Assembly (NCBI RefSeq): GCF_006345805.1
Contig: NC_043010.1
Location: 29,636,001-29,700,000 of the forward strand
Source: Octopus sinensis
Lineage: Eukaryota
Length of the DNA stretch: 64,000 bases
Direction: 5' to 3'
Shown here piece by piece: positions 24,201-37,573 of this stretch. The notes beneath the pieces are model-generated. The model made no database searches. It was not told where the DNA came from and saw only the letters and a program-made list of their open reading frames with translations. The translations under genes and the position numbers were made by a program. Position 1 is the first letter of the stretch. Each line of letters begins with the position of its first letter.

Positions 24201-25004
24201 CAGGTGCTAAATATCATTTGGAAAATGCTATAGCATCTCACCCACACAGCTCCCCTTTTTGAGAATTTGAAGAACTTGTAGACAGCCTTGAGGAAAAGCA
24301 TAAATGTTATCACTTTTCTCCTTGTTTTTTTCTCACTTCTTTTGCTAATATTACTACAGTAATTTTGAAAACTGCTGCATCTGCTACTACAACTTATCCA
24401 AACCAATGAGGAAGCCCTCTGTGTTATTGCTTGATCTGCTAAAAATGGCTGTCAATCAAAATTCCCCTCAAATCACATCATCGTTATCATCCACTTCTCC
24501 ATGCTTGCATGGGTTGAATGAAATTTTGTTGAGATAGGTTTTCTTTGGCTGAATGCTTTTTCTGTCATCATCCCTCACTTGTTTCAAACTAAGGTAATAT
24601 TTCCCCATGGCCAGACATGTTTGCATGAAGATTAGGAATAAAGGACTCCACCATCATGACAGTTATTTTCATATACAACAATCGTGTAATGTCTAAGCAA
24701 AGAGAAAGTAACATGCACATACACATATATACAGGCTTGGCCAAAAGTCACATTACAGTAAATCAAAATTCCATAAATACTTAATATTCAAGTTTACTTA
24801 TTCATTCCAATTATGAATGTTTAATAATTGAATATTGTGAGTTAAAATCACCGTTGTTTTTCAACAATTGTCTGTTTATTAGCGAAGTCTCATTCAGTTG
24901 TTAAACATAAATAGATCTTGGAATTAAATGGCTTTGATTTACTGTCAGGTGACTTTTGGTCAACCCTATATATAGATATAGATATATATATATATATATT
25001 ATAT

Positions 25005-25048
<44 letters not shown>

Positions 25049-25802
25049 ATATATATATATTTGCATGTATGCATATATATCTGTCTATATATATGTATGT
25101 GTATAATGACAGGCTTCTCTCAGTTTTTGCCTATCAAATCTGCTCACTAGGTTTGGTCAGCCCAGGGCTATAGTGGAAGACACTTGCCCAAGATTCCACA
25201 AGTTCTGGGATTAAGCCCAGAACTTGTCGTTGGGAAACAAACTTCTTACCACATATACATGCCTACTGTTTAAAATAAAATAAACAGAATGGAAACATTA
25301 GATCAATGTATATAGACCGAGATACACAATGTTTTAACAAAGCATGGGGTGGTCATGATTGGAATGCCTTTGACCATAAGTCTTCTCAACTAGGACTGGT
25401 TTATAGTTAAGAAACAATTACTACTTACTTATCACCATAAATATCCATCATTGTCATCATCATCATCATCATCATAGTGTGGCTGATCTGATCCAAGGAT
25501 GTATTAATAAAATATTGCCTTATCTGCTCAAAAAAACCAACATGACACAGATGTACACACACACACATGTATCCAGTCATTCATTCATAAATACATATAA
25601 TACACACACAGGCAGACATACACAAACTTGTATGTACACATTCATAAATACACACATTTGTAAGCAGTTCACATATACACTCACAAATGTCATTAATATA
25701 TACATTATAATAATCATTCTAATATTTTCAACATTATTGTTTTTAATACTTCCATATGCATATATATGTTTATAGTATGTGTTTTTGTATGTGTGTGTAT
25801 AT

Positions 25803-25858
<56 letters not shown>

Positions 25859-26898
25859 AGTTATACTTGCTTGGCAAGTGATGCAATCTTGAAATATTTT
25901 GTTGAAACCACCAAAACAATTACATCAAGGAATATGTGACTGTCTTCAACAGATGCAGTGGAATTATGTTTGTGAGAATAATCACATAAATTCCACATAA
26001 ATTTTGACTCTTTAAAGTATAAAATACTTATTAAAAAGTAAACCAAAGTGAATATAAAAGTATATTTATAAGTGTTTTTAAGTAGCTAACTTGAGTTTCC
26101 TATGATGTAATTGTTTGCTTTATACATATGTGTGTGTGTGTGTGTGTACATGTATGCATATATATATGTATGTGCATATGCATATATATATATATATACA
26201 CATACATACATAAAACTACACAGGTTTTGTGTATTTAATCACAAGAAAGGCAGTACAACTGACTGACTTGGACTGCAAAAGCTCCCATCTAGCTGGGGTT
26301 TTTTCCACAACTAATCAGGTGCCAGGTGCTTTACTGTTCTGAGTTCAAAACCCCACCTAAGTGGACTTTACTTTTCATCCTTGTATTGTTGAGAATATAA
26401 AAGACCAGCCCTGAACTGGCTTTGATTCTGTTGACCATAGTTAATGCTGCCCTGTGAAACATGGCATAGTGCCTGATCAAAAGTAGTTTTTATTTAACCT
26501 ATCTTTGTACATGCTTTCATTCATACATGAGAACATTGAAATATTCCATCCTTTTGACCAAAATAATTTCCACCACCACCACCACACCTACCCATCCTTA
26601 TTCATCATTGGTTGTCAATTAATTAACATTCCGACTATTTTAATTGGTTGATGATATATGTATGCCAGCCAATGAAATCGCAATGTTTCCAATCATATGT
26701 TTCCAGCCTTACACTTCTATCTAATATTACGCTTCCAAATTCTAATAACTGATTGTCATTTGTCTCATATAACCATTTGTGGTTTGCTGAAAAAATGTTT
26801 CAAGGATGATATTACGTAGACCTGTGTAGAAATTTATCAACTTCTAATATTTGAAAATATTAAAAAAAAAACAATCTTTACACAATATATATATACAT

Positions 26899-26967
<69 letters not shown>

Positions 26968-28682
26968 GTATATATATAACATATATATACTTATATGTAT
27001 GTATATATATATATGTTCACATACACATATATACACACAAACATATACATATGCATATATATTATTTATACACATATATAGATATGTATACATATATATG
27101 TATATATATGTGTGTGTCTGAAGAACCAACCAACTGGTTGTCTGTTGTCTAATAAATCTGCTGCCTGCCATTTAATTTCTTGTTATAATTGTTTAATTGT
27201 TTGTTATTACTGTCAAATTTGATGAGAGCCATTTGTTGAAATATATAATTCACCAGCAAATTAACAATGTTTCAGGATCTTACTCCACTCAGCTGTGGAT
27301 ACAGTATCCCCCTCTCCCCTACTGCATCCAATGTGTAAGCAAGTGAAAGAATTACTAGTAGAAGTATCCCTCATGACGTATCTACTTCTAACAAAAGGAT
27401 AGAGTGTAAAAGTCCATTAGGTGTTACCCTGTCATCCATAGACAGTCTCTCTGATTTCAGAATTTAAGGGAAAGCAAATATTTTATAATTTAATTTATTT
27501 CAATTTGGCAAGCAAGCAAAGCAACTCATATTCAAACAAAAACTTTATGACTAATGGGAATACAAAGCTTATCCAGGATCAATAAGCCACTGGTGCTCCC
27601 TATAGGCAAAATGAAAAATACAACCACCAAGAAATTTAGTGTTCACAGAAAGTAAACAAAACTTTAAATGTTGATCAGATTATCAATTTTCAAGATTTTA
27701 CTTACAAATTGTTAAAAAAAAAAAAGAACATTGTGACTGTAAATTGTTCAAATCTCTTGAGTTGATTCACCTACAATAATAGTTCGAAGTGAAGATGCAC
27801 AACCTTTTGGTTAGAACATTGCACTTACAGTCATGATATTATGGTTCCAAATTCTGGAGTGAGCAGTTTATTGCATTCTTGAGTAAAATACATCATTTCA
27901 CACTTACTCAAGTTCACTCAACTGTAAATGAGTTCTCACAGTATCTGGGAAACTAACCCTGGCATTTCATTCAGGGCAGAGCATTATAATCTCAGACACT
28001 TTATACACCATGAAAACTGGGTTAATCTTTGGCTTTATGAGTTCTGGAGCCCATGACAGACCTTGTTAGAGCTAGTCCATGTTGAAAAGGAGAGTATGTT
28101 GCCTATCAGAGAGGAGCAAGTATGAGCAAAAGAAAGGTAACAGGGGAGTGATAAGGAATAGTGTTTGTTTGAATCCAGATCTTTCAGATTGCTGGGTTAA
28201 TACAGCCTGGCCATTAGATTCTGTAACAAGCAAGCTTTCTAATGGTTTTATATATTAAGTCACAAAAATGATGAGAATCTACGTGAGGAACTAATCTTAA
28301 GAATGTATAGTACTATTTTAGGGATGGACAATACTCAGAATTTTTAAAAAACCATTGATTGAACTCATTACTACTGTAATGTTTAAGAAATGAACTAAGG
28401 AAAATGAATAGACACACATACATGAGGAAGTGTCAACATGGTCATTTGACATGCTAAAAATAGAAACCAAATTTATTTCAAATTGCACCATAAAGTCAAA
28501 TAAATGAAGAGAAGAACACTGGACAGTGAACTTTTAGATGTATAAAAGGACAGGGTAGTCATTGTTGGAATATCTTTGATCACAGGTCTGTTTGATCAGA
28601 CCTGAGCTGATGTCAGCTAAACAACACATATGAATTCTGATGAAATTATCTCCCTTCAGATAAAATCCTGATAATTTGGTGA

Positions 28683-29338
28683 CATCATCATCATCATCAT
28701 CGTTTAACGTCCACTTTCCATGCTAGCATGGGTTAGACGATTTGACTGAGGTCTGGTGAACGAGACTCCAATCTGATCTGGCAGAGTTTCTACAGCTGGA
28801 TACCCTTCCTAACGCCAACCACTCTGAGAGTGTAGTGGGTGCTTTTACATGCCACCGGCACGAGTGCCATTTAGGTGGTACTGGCAACAGCCATGCTCAA
28901 ATGGTGCTTTTTATGTGCCACCTGCACAGGAGCCAGTCCAGCGGCAGTGGCAATGACCTCGCTCAAATGCTTTTTCGCATGCCCCCAGCACAAGTGCTAG
29001 TAAGGTGACGCAGGTAATGATGATGCTTGAATGGTGTTTTTAACATGCCATCGGCACGAAGGCCAGCTTGTTGCTCTGGCAACGAGCTCACTGGTATGGT
29101 ACTCTTAGCACTCCACTAGCAACGGATGCCAGTCACCAAGTTTGATTTCGATTTCGATTTCACTTGCCTCAACAGGTCTTCACAATCAAGTTTGATTTCG
29201 ATTTCACTTGCCTCAACTGGTCTTCGCAAGCAGAGTTTAGTGTCCAATGAAGCGGACTGGTTACACTCCTGGCATAGGCTACTAGGTTATAGTCTCACTT
29301 GCGCTTGCCGAGTCATGTTAACAAGAATACCTGGTCTT
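28683..29338 (-). mobile_element. SINE-like retroposon, family C, with internal tandem subrepeats and an RTE-type (GAT)n tail
   Basis: The minus strand ends ggcgttaggaagggtatccagctgtagaaac...gcatggaaagtggacgttaaac(gat)n; internal repeats gtgccggtggca...aaaagcacc. Fragments near 24470, 30655, 59990 and 62935. Confidence 0.75.
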
Positions 29339-32300
29339 AGTAAAGGAAATTCCAATTATTGGTCAGTAAAACTCCTTTCATAAATTTATGGAGCTAAATA
29401 ATTCCTATAAATGTCTTGTATCAAACTACTGAGTTGTTGCTTAGTTTTGATGGCAAACTTATAACTAAAAGGCATACTACCCATTATCATCTACACCCAA
29501 GACTGAGATTCAGCATCCAAAGATCATATATCACCACCTCATCCCATGTCTTCTTGGGTCTACTTCTTCCACCACAAGAACAACTTGAGATAATCCTAAA
29601 CCTTAAACCCTAATATCTACAGAACAGAGAACCCTAATAGTACATATAAACTAAATTAAATTGCATTGTGTATTATTAATTTTTAGTGCACACGTACAAA
29701 AACCCACATGAACAGGACTGTCAAGTATATATTTTGAAAAATTTGTTTCAAATCATAAGGCCTAGGATTCTCTATATTTCTGACCTTATCTCAGGTTGTT
29801 CCAAGCTTTGCAAAGGAAATTAGGTTGACAGAAACTGTGGAAGAAATTTAGGTGAATTCAGAACCAACTTAGCAGCGTTATTGGCCCCTGGGTAAATCAT
29901 TGCAATTAGGCTCCATAGTATTTATTTGCTGACAGCAAGTCACAACGCACATAGATCAGAATTGGACCCCTAGACCCAAAAAGCCCCTGGGCCACTACCC
30001 AGTGTGCCCAAGCCTTAAGACAGCACTGGGTGGATTATACTTGTAATTGGAAAGGGATCAATCTTGTCACACACATGTCACTGTTACTCTTAGTTATCCA
30101 TTGGATTACATTGTTAAGTCACCCTCAGTTGAGCCGACCTATAATCAGACATAACAGCCTGACTAGCCATCTTATTAGAGATGTCTAATGTGTCCTGTCC
30201 CTTTTAAGGTGTTATTTGAGTTTAACTGATTATTTCTAGCTGATCAAGCTTAATACAAACTAGCGGAACCCAGGAATATTTCATGGAATTAATGGTAAAC
30301 TTATTTCTAAAAACATTATCCAAAAAACTTGAAAGCATAGCCTGTGTTATGTCTGTATGGAAAGATAGTCACTCATCTGCTAATAACTGAAAAGTGAAAG
30401 AAATTGGAATATGATGATTACTTAATATACTTTATATATTTTATGCACAATTTTATAGACTTAATACATAGCACTCATAAAATAAATATTCACTCTTATT
30501 TTTCCATTTTCCCCATAAACGGAAAAAAAATGTCCCATACATATCATATGTATGGGATATGTTATGGCCACACACCCTGGTGAAGTGTATTGAAGAGTCT
30601 CATGCCAATGTTACATAAAAACTACTCATGTCAGTGCCACATGTGAGCACTTGTGTGGTGTCATGAAAAGCAACCAGCACACTCTGTAAAGTGGTTGGCG
30701 TTAGGAAGGGAATTCAGTCATAGAAACCATATTGAATCAGACTGGAATCTGGTGCAGCTCATGCCAGCATGGACAACAAATGTTGATAATGATGATGATG
30801 AAGGCCAAGCCAAAATGCTTGCAACAGAGCAGACTTCACTAAAGATACTCAAAGTGCTTTTAGTAAAATCCACTGGATGCTTGGGTATGATAAACTAAGA
30901 AATGGACTAAGTCTAATCCCATCTTATACCTTCATTTTTATGGATTCAATAAAACAAAAACAATAGCTGTCAAGTACTGGAACTGATTTAATTCACTATA
31001 CCTGCCAACAAAATTTCTGACCTGTATAAGAAATGAATACTTATACTTCTTTGCTCGAGTTTAAGATGAGGGAGAAAAAAGTAATCACACCCAGTTTGGT
31101 TGTTTAACCTACCTATCCTTTGTTATTTCCTTCTTTCTTCCATTATACTTGCTTTTGCTAACAGCTCCAGGACCTAATTTAAATTGCTATATGAAGATAA
31201 AATTTTTGTCTTACTAACACTGTTTTAAGAAGCCAGTTTTATCAAAAATTTAAAGTAAAACATGGAACTGTAGTACTATGAAGACATAACTTGAGTTCAA
31301 ATCCTGTTTCGGTCAGCATTCATTCCTGCACCAGTAATAAAATAATCAAGATTACATTGAGATTAAATCAATTAACTATAATCTTCCCTTAGAAAAAATA
31401 TCAATATTTATTATCCTATAAAGCATGAAGTGTGGATAATGAAGAATTGGCAGATATTGAACAATATCCCTTGTCATATTAAGTTATATCACTTAAAATT
31501 TTCAAATTCAAATCTTTCAGAGCCAACTTTTCCTTTCATCCTATGAGGGTTGATGAAATAAAACTTCAATCAAATAAATACTGAATAAGAGTATAAATCT
31601 ATTTTGATTTCATTAACCATGACAATTCATCCCCTTTTCAAACATTCCCAGGTCCCTTTGGAGGGTTCTCCACAACCTCATGAGAACCGTGAATCTAGGT
31701 GATTAATTGCATCATCAGCACTAGAGGTGCAGTCTGTCAGCAAAAGTTGTATATTGTTGATTTGAGTTTAAAATGCTTAAACAACAACATAGGAGAAGGT
31801 ATGACTGTGTGGTTAAGAACCTCATTTTGCAACCCCATGGTTTTGGGTTCAGACCCATGGCCTGGTACCTTGAGTGTCTTCTACTATACCACCAGGCCAA
31901 CCAATGCTTTATAAGTAATTTTGGGAGATGAAGCTGTGTTTGTCTGTCCTACATGCTTGACATCTGATGTTGGTTTGTTTGTGTCACCAGAACCTACTCA
32001 TTCAGCTTAAGACACCGAAAGACTAAGGAGCAGACTTTAAAAAAGTAAGTATTAGGGTTGATTTGTTTGACAAAACCCTTCAAGGTAGTGCCCCAGCATG
32101 GCTGTAGTCCAATGACTGAAACAAGTATAAGAACAGTGAAAAACCAGTTAAACAATAACACCTAACTCTTCCAAGTCTTTAGTAGAACCCACTTGATGGC
32201 AAGTATCTGGGTAAGATCTGTATTCTTTTGTTCTTTTACTTATTTCAGTAATAAGACTGTGGCCATGCAAGGGCAATACCTTGAAGAATTGTGCTCGAAT

Positions 32301-32802
32301 GAATTGACCTTTTTATTTTTGTTTAAGCCTGGTACTTATTCTATCAGTCTCTTTTGCTGAACTACTAAGTTCTAGGTATGTAAACACAAAACCAGTTGTC
32401 AAACAGTGATGAGGGACAAACACATACACAATAACACAGTAATTTGGGCAAGTGTCTTCTTCTATAGCCTCAGGCCCAACCAAAGCTTTGTGAATGGATT
32501 TGGTAAACAGAAACTGAAAGAAACCCATCATATGTATGCATGTGTCTTTATGTCTGTGTTTGTCCTCCTCCACTGCTTGACAACTAGTGTTGGTGTGTTC
32601 ACGTCCCCATAACTTAGCAGTTCAGCAAAAAGAGACTGATAGGATAAGTACCAGGTTTAAAAATCTGATGGGATAACTACCAGGCTTGAAAAAGAAGTCC
32701 CAGGGTTGATTTGTTCAATTAAGACCCTCCAAAGTGGTACCCCAGGATAGCCCCAGCCAAATGACTGAAACAAGTAAAAGATTATATATATATATATATA
32801 TA

Positions 32803-33004
32803 TTCTCTTTTAATTGTTTCAGTCATTTGACTGTGGCCATGCCACCTTTAGTCGAGCAAATTGAGCCCAGGACTTATTCTTTGTAAGCCTAGTACTTATT
32901 CTATCGATCTCTTTTGCCAAACTGCTAAGTTACAAGGACGTAAACACACCAGCATCGGTTGTGAAGTGATGTTGGTGAAGACAAACACAGACACACAAAC
33001 ATAT

Positions 33005-33051
<47 letters not shown>

Positions 33052-33212
33052 TACAACGCTTCTTTCAGTTTCCGTCTACCAAATCCGCTCACAAGGCTTT
33101 GGTCGGCCCAAGGCTATAGTAGAAGACACTTGCCCAAGGTGCCACGCAGTGGAACAGAACCCGGAACCATGTGGTTCATAAGCAAACTACTTACAACACA
33201 GCTACTCCTACA

Positions 33213-33215
<3 letters not shown>
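32803..33215 (-). mobile_element. Family B SINE, near full length, with internal (AT)/(GT) microsatellite
   Basis: Minus-strand tRNA head aggtgtaggagtagctgtgttgtaag...ggttctgttcca and 3' end atgactgaaacaattaaaaagag. Confidence 0.85.
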
Positions 33216-33251
<36 letters not shown>

Positions 33252-33489
33252 TATATATTATATATATATATAATCTTTTACTTGTTTCAGCCATTTGGCT
33301 GGGGCACCACTTTGAAGGGTTTTAGTTGAACAAAATCGACCCCAGGGCTTTTTTAAAGCCTGGTGTTTACTCTATCAGTCTTTTTTTACTGAACTGCTAA
33401 GTTATGGGGATGTAAACACACCAACACTGGTTGTCAAGTGGTGAAGGAAGACAAACACACACATCTACAGAAACATCTACGGAAATGCC

Positions 33490-33830
33490 AGACCCGGGAA
33501 TTCACAGTACACATCAAGACAACACAGCAGAAGAGGGGCAACCATAGAATCTCTGAGGCCATCCTCTTACATTAAAGGAAACCAAATATCAACAACAGAA
33601 GAAAGTTACAAGAAGCTAGCTGGTTGCTATAGCAACACCTTTCTGCACATGTCCACTCCACACACACTCACACCTGTGCACATCGGCAACATTCATTAAT
33701 TTCTTGAAAATGGGGTCATAACCCAAAAATATTGAATGCAAGGTAAGTCTACATTCATTCATATATTTCTTTTCTTGTGATTTGCCTTGCATTTACTTTG
33801 CATTGGTCTGGCCTTACCCACAATCCTTTA
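33490..33830 (+). mobile_element. Penelope-like element 3' remnant (end of endonuclease plus degenerate hammerhead-like motif at about 33701-33738)
   Basis: Translates RISEAILLH*RKPNIN, resembling the PLE endonuclease C-terminus; then ttc-TTGAAAA-tg-gggt-cata-accc-AAAA-atatt-gaa. Confidence 0.5.
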
Positions 33831-34024
33831 TACAATATATATATATATATATATATATCATAGGCGCAGGAGTGGCTGTGTGGTAAGTAGCTTGCTTACC
33901 AACCACATGGTTCCGGGTTCAGTCCCACTGCGTGGCATCTTGGGCAAGTGTCTTCTGCTATAGCCCCAGGCCAACCAATGCCTTGCGAGTGGATTTGGTA
34001 GACGGAAACTGAAAGAAGCCTGTC

Positions 34025-34065
<41 letters not shown>

Positions 34066-34148
34066 GGTCCCGGGTTGATTCGGGGTTAACCACAGTAAAT
34101 AAGGTACTCAATACATAGCAGAGTAAAATTAATTTATTATATAGAAGG

Positions 34149-34199
34149 AGCTTCTACAGGACTAGAACTGTTTCATTCAAGAGAAATCTTCAGGAAGCT
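34149..34199 (-). ncRNA. Minimal type I hammerhead ribozyme (left-arm copy)
   Basis: Exact reverse complement of 34681-34731. Confidence 0.75.
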
Positions 34200-34680
34200 A
34201 GTTAACAATAATTGTATTGGCATTTATACATTTAGGCAGGTTTAAAGGGGTGTTGGTGGGGGACTTTTTGGGGGTAGGCATAGCGCAAAATATCATACTT
34301 GGGGGAGTGGTCAAGGAGTCAGTGTTAAATTAGATAGAAGAATAAATAAAAAAAATAAAAAAATATATAAAAATATATATAAAAAAGGGAATAGAGTTTT
34401 AGGTAAATATATATATATATATGTATACATATGTGCATAGGTATAAGTGAGAATCTCCTTATTTACCTAAAACTCTATTCCCTTTTTTATATATATTTTT
34501 ATATATTTTTTTATATATTTTTTTATTTTTTTATTTATTCTTCTATCTAATTTAACACTGACTCCTTGACCACTCCCCCAAGTATGATATTTTGCGCTAT
34601 GCCTACCCCCAAAAAGTCCCCCACCAACACCCCTTTAAACCTGCCTAAATGTATAAATGCCAATACAATTCTTGTTAACT

Positions 34681-34731
34681 AGCTTCCTGAAGATTTCTCT
34701 TGAATGAAACAGTTCTAGTCCTGTAGAAGCT
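34681..34731 (+). ncRNA. Minimal type I hammerhead ribozyme (right-arm copy)
   Basis: AGCUUC-CUGAAGA-UUUC-UCUU-GAAU-GAAACAG-UUCUAGUC-CUGUA-GAAGCU. 6-bp stem I, 4-bp stem III, GUA triplet at 34723-34725; the first stem II pair is U.U (atypical). Confidence 0.75.
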
Positions 34732-34742
34732 CCTTCTATATA

Positions 34743-34789
<47 letters not shown>

Positions 34790-35029
34790 GGTGTTTGTCC
34801 CCCTAGCATTGCTTGACAACCGATGCTGGTGTGTTTACGTCCCCATCACTTAGCGGTTCGGCAAAAGAGACCAATAGAATAAGTACTGGGCTTACAAAGA
34901 ATAAGTCCCGGGGTCGATTTGCTCGACTAAAGGCGGTGCTCCAGCATGGCCGCAGTCAAATGACTGAAACAAGTAAAAAAAAAAAAGAGTATATATGTAT
35001 ATATATGTGTGTGTGTGTATATATATATA

Positions 35030-35361
35030 CAGGCTGTCATTGACTTATGACTGATCGACTTTACGACGATTGTCGTGCCAGCTCCTGGCAGCAATACTAA
35101 ATAGTCCAGTTGAAATCTAATGGGCTTAATTTCTTAGAAGTTAACCAATCTACAGATGATGTCAGCTAACAAACGACATTGTACTTTTCTATGAACAAAT
35201 AACACTGTTGTAGAATGATACAGAATACTGTGTATGACTTTTACCCGAGAAGTTACTTTAAGAATGTAAAAATATAAAACAAAGCTATGTAGGCCTATAG
35301 GCCGACTTACAACCAATCAGTCAGTCAGAACCAACTGTGGTTGTAAGTTGACGATGACCTG
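35030..35361. mobile_element. Tigger/pogo-like MITE (degenerate)
   Basis: Imperfect TIRs of about 22 bp, caggctgtcattgacttatgac / gttgtaagttgacgatgacctg; TA on the left side. Confidence 0.5.
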
Positions 35362-35448
35362 TGTAAATATGTATATATATATATATTTTGTGTCTGGGGA
35401 GAGTCATCTTCTTTTTGTGCCAAATCAAAAAACGAAATGTATATATAT

Positions 35449-35760
35449 ACTAACTTCCTTCAGGAAACCTGCCAATCACCTGTTCACCTACCAGTCTGGT
35501 GAATACACTAGTCAGATTGACTACATTCTCACCAGGAAATGAGAAAGCTGGCTACTAATAAAAGCCAAAACTTTCCCAGGTGAAGAATGCACCCCACAAC
35601 ATAGGTTAGCAGCTTCAGGATCAGGGCTAAATGGTTGTCCTGAAGACGTCCAGCATAGAAAAGAAGGGTTTGGAAGCTTAAGGATCTTCTGAATGGACAG
35701 AGATTTAGAGAAGCTTTTGACGAAAAGAGGAGCAAATAGTATCACATAATATGGAGGACA
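35449..35760 (+). pseudogene. RTE-clade LINE fragment, APE endonuclease C-terminus
   Basis: FRKPANHLFTYQSGEYTSQIDYILTRK*...FPGEECTPQHRL matches the TY.SG...SQIDYIL / PGE...QH pattern; contains stops. Confidence 0.8.
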
Positions 35761-35943
35761 ACTGAAGGTTCCTATGGGACAACCTGTTGAGGGCTACTGA
35801 CCAGATCTATGGCTGGTGTAATGTCCCCTCTCAATCGAAGGTAATACTAGCTTCATAGCATCATAATTTTGAAATATCTATAAAACTGTCAAAAGCTTGT
35901 TTAGTTTTATTTTTTTTTATTTATTATTAGTGTTACTTAATAT

Positions 35944-36467
35944 CATAAGGGACTAAAGCCATCTGAATATGGCTAGGGACAGGGCAGGGTGGTGGGGGTG
36001 TTACTGTTGCATTTAGCCCCAGGCGAACATCAACGTCGCCAGATAGGCTTGACACCATCACGGTGTCCTTTATCCTGCAAAGGGAGATAATTCCCCGATG
36101 AAGCGGAAACCACACACGGACCTAGGTTTCAAGGTGTATTGCCTATCATCAACGTGTGGTAGGCCCCTGCTTCCTCGACGAACAACCCACTCTGCAGGAT
36201 ATTTATATATAGATTTTCAAGCAAAATACATTTGCTGATTTCGAAAATCTGTTTGACAGCATTCATCGGGGAATTATCTCCCTTTGCAGGATAAAGGACA
36301 CCGTGATGGTGTCAAGCCTATCTGGCGACGTTGATGTTCGCCTGGGGCTAAATGCAACAGTAACACCCCCACCACCCTGCCCTGTCCCTAGCCATATTCA
36401 GATGGCTTTAGTCCCTTATGTTATGGAGCAGTTACTGTCTATATCTCATTTAGAGAATTATTATTGC
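35944..36467. mobile_element. Fold-back insertion with perfect 159-bp inverted arms (35944-36102 and 36262-36420)
   Basis: The arms are exact reverse complements. A 13-bp direct repeat tgttacttaatat lies at 35931-35943 and 36468-36480. The spacer and right-arm junction encodes an RT-like FADFENLFDSIHRG. Confidence 0.75.
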
Positions 36468-36541
36468 TGTTACTTAATATGTTTTTCTAAAATTGTTGTT
36501 TCTTTTCAGATATCAGAAAAAGGTAATTAAAATTCAGTAAA

Positions 36542-37549
36542 ATGACAGATCTATTGGACTTTCAAAGAGGTCAAATTGTTGGTGCTCGTATGGCAGGTAC
36601 TAGCATAATGAAAACAGCCGAAATGTTTGGTGAATCAAGAAGTACTGTCTCAAAAGTAATGACAGCCTTTGAGAAAGAGGGAAAAACCACCTCGTCAAAA
36701 TAAAACTCCAGAAGAAAACATAAACTTTCAGATAGGGACCATCGGACTCTTATGCGAATTGTTAGAAAGTATCACAAAGGTACAGCTCCAAAATTACTAC
36801 AGAGCTTAATGACCACCTCGAGAACCCCGTTTCCACAAAAACTGTTCGCCAGGAGCTACACAAAGCCGGATTTCACAGGTCTGCAATCAGAAAACCACTA
36901 CTTTCAAAAACAAACATTGCAAAGCGTTTAGGTAAAAACCTACAGAATTGGTTCCGAGAGCAGTGGAATAATGTTATTTTCTCAGACGAGTCATCCTTTA
37001 CCTTATTTTCGACCAGCGGCCAAGTATACGTACAGAGACAGCCAAAAGAAGCATTTGACCCAGACTGCCTTCTTCCAACTCTTAAACATGGAGGAAGTTC
37101 TGTGATGATCTGGGGGCTATATCTTGTAAATCTGCTGGCTCAATGGTCTCTCTTCATGGCAGAATTAATAGTCAAGACTATTTAAGCATTTTATCTATCA
37201 AATTCATCCTATGGTTGCGGAACTGTTTCCAGAGGGAAACACAATCTTTCAGGATGATAATGCACCAATTCACACAGCTAAATGGCATGAGGAACATTCT
37301 AGTGAAGTCAAATATCTTATCTGGCCACCACAGTCCCCAGATTAAAATATTATTGAACATTTATGGTGCATTTTAGAAAAACAAGTAAGGAGTCAATATC
37401 CTCCACCATCATCACTACAAGAACTTGACACTGTTTTAGCCGAAGAATGGACAAAAATTCCTTTGGAAACAATTCAAACTTTATATGAATCCACACCTCA
37501 TAGAATTCAAACTGTAATTACTGCCAAAAGTGGTCCTACCCCATATTAA
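36542..37549 (+). pseudogene. Tc1-like transposase pseudogene
   Basis: MTDLLDFQRGQIVGARMAG (HTH), RKPLLS, VIFSDES, KHGGSSVMIWG, FQDDNAPIHT, WPPQSPD*NIIEHLW; several frameshifts and stops. Confidence 0.95.
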
Positions 37550-37573
37550 AATAAATTTGTTTGAAATTTTAAA

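Larger units (their letters stand above)
34061..34748. mobile_element. Penelope-derived inverted pLTR pair. Arms 34132-34409 and 34460-34748; unpaired 3' tail 34061-34131 on the minus strand
   Basis: The arms differ by one substitution, a 12-nt microduplication and one homopolymer base. Each carries a hammerhead followed by AATAAA. Flanked by (AT)n. Confidence 0.85.
33862..34989 (+). mobile_element. Family B SINE interrupted inside its internal microsatellite by a palindromic insert
   Basis: 5' half 33862-34026 has A-box tggctgtgtgg and B-box ggttcagtccc; the 3' half resumes at about 34780 and ends atgactgaaacaagt(a)n gag. Confidence 0.9.

Noticed and set aside
23984-24406. Poly-Ile and acidic Asp/Gly ORFs
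   Set aside because: Derived from the (CAT/CAC)n microsatellite.
27115-27165. CTGAAGA followed by an aacca/tggtt stem and AATAAA
   Set aside because: GAAA and a cleavage triplet are missing; at most a dead remnant.
36090-36250. CCGATGA...GAAAC and ttcctcg in the fold-back spacer (hammerhead or HDV-like)
   Set aside because: No stem II or stem I for a hammerhead and no P3 pairing for an HDV fold.
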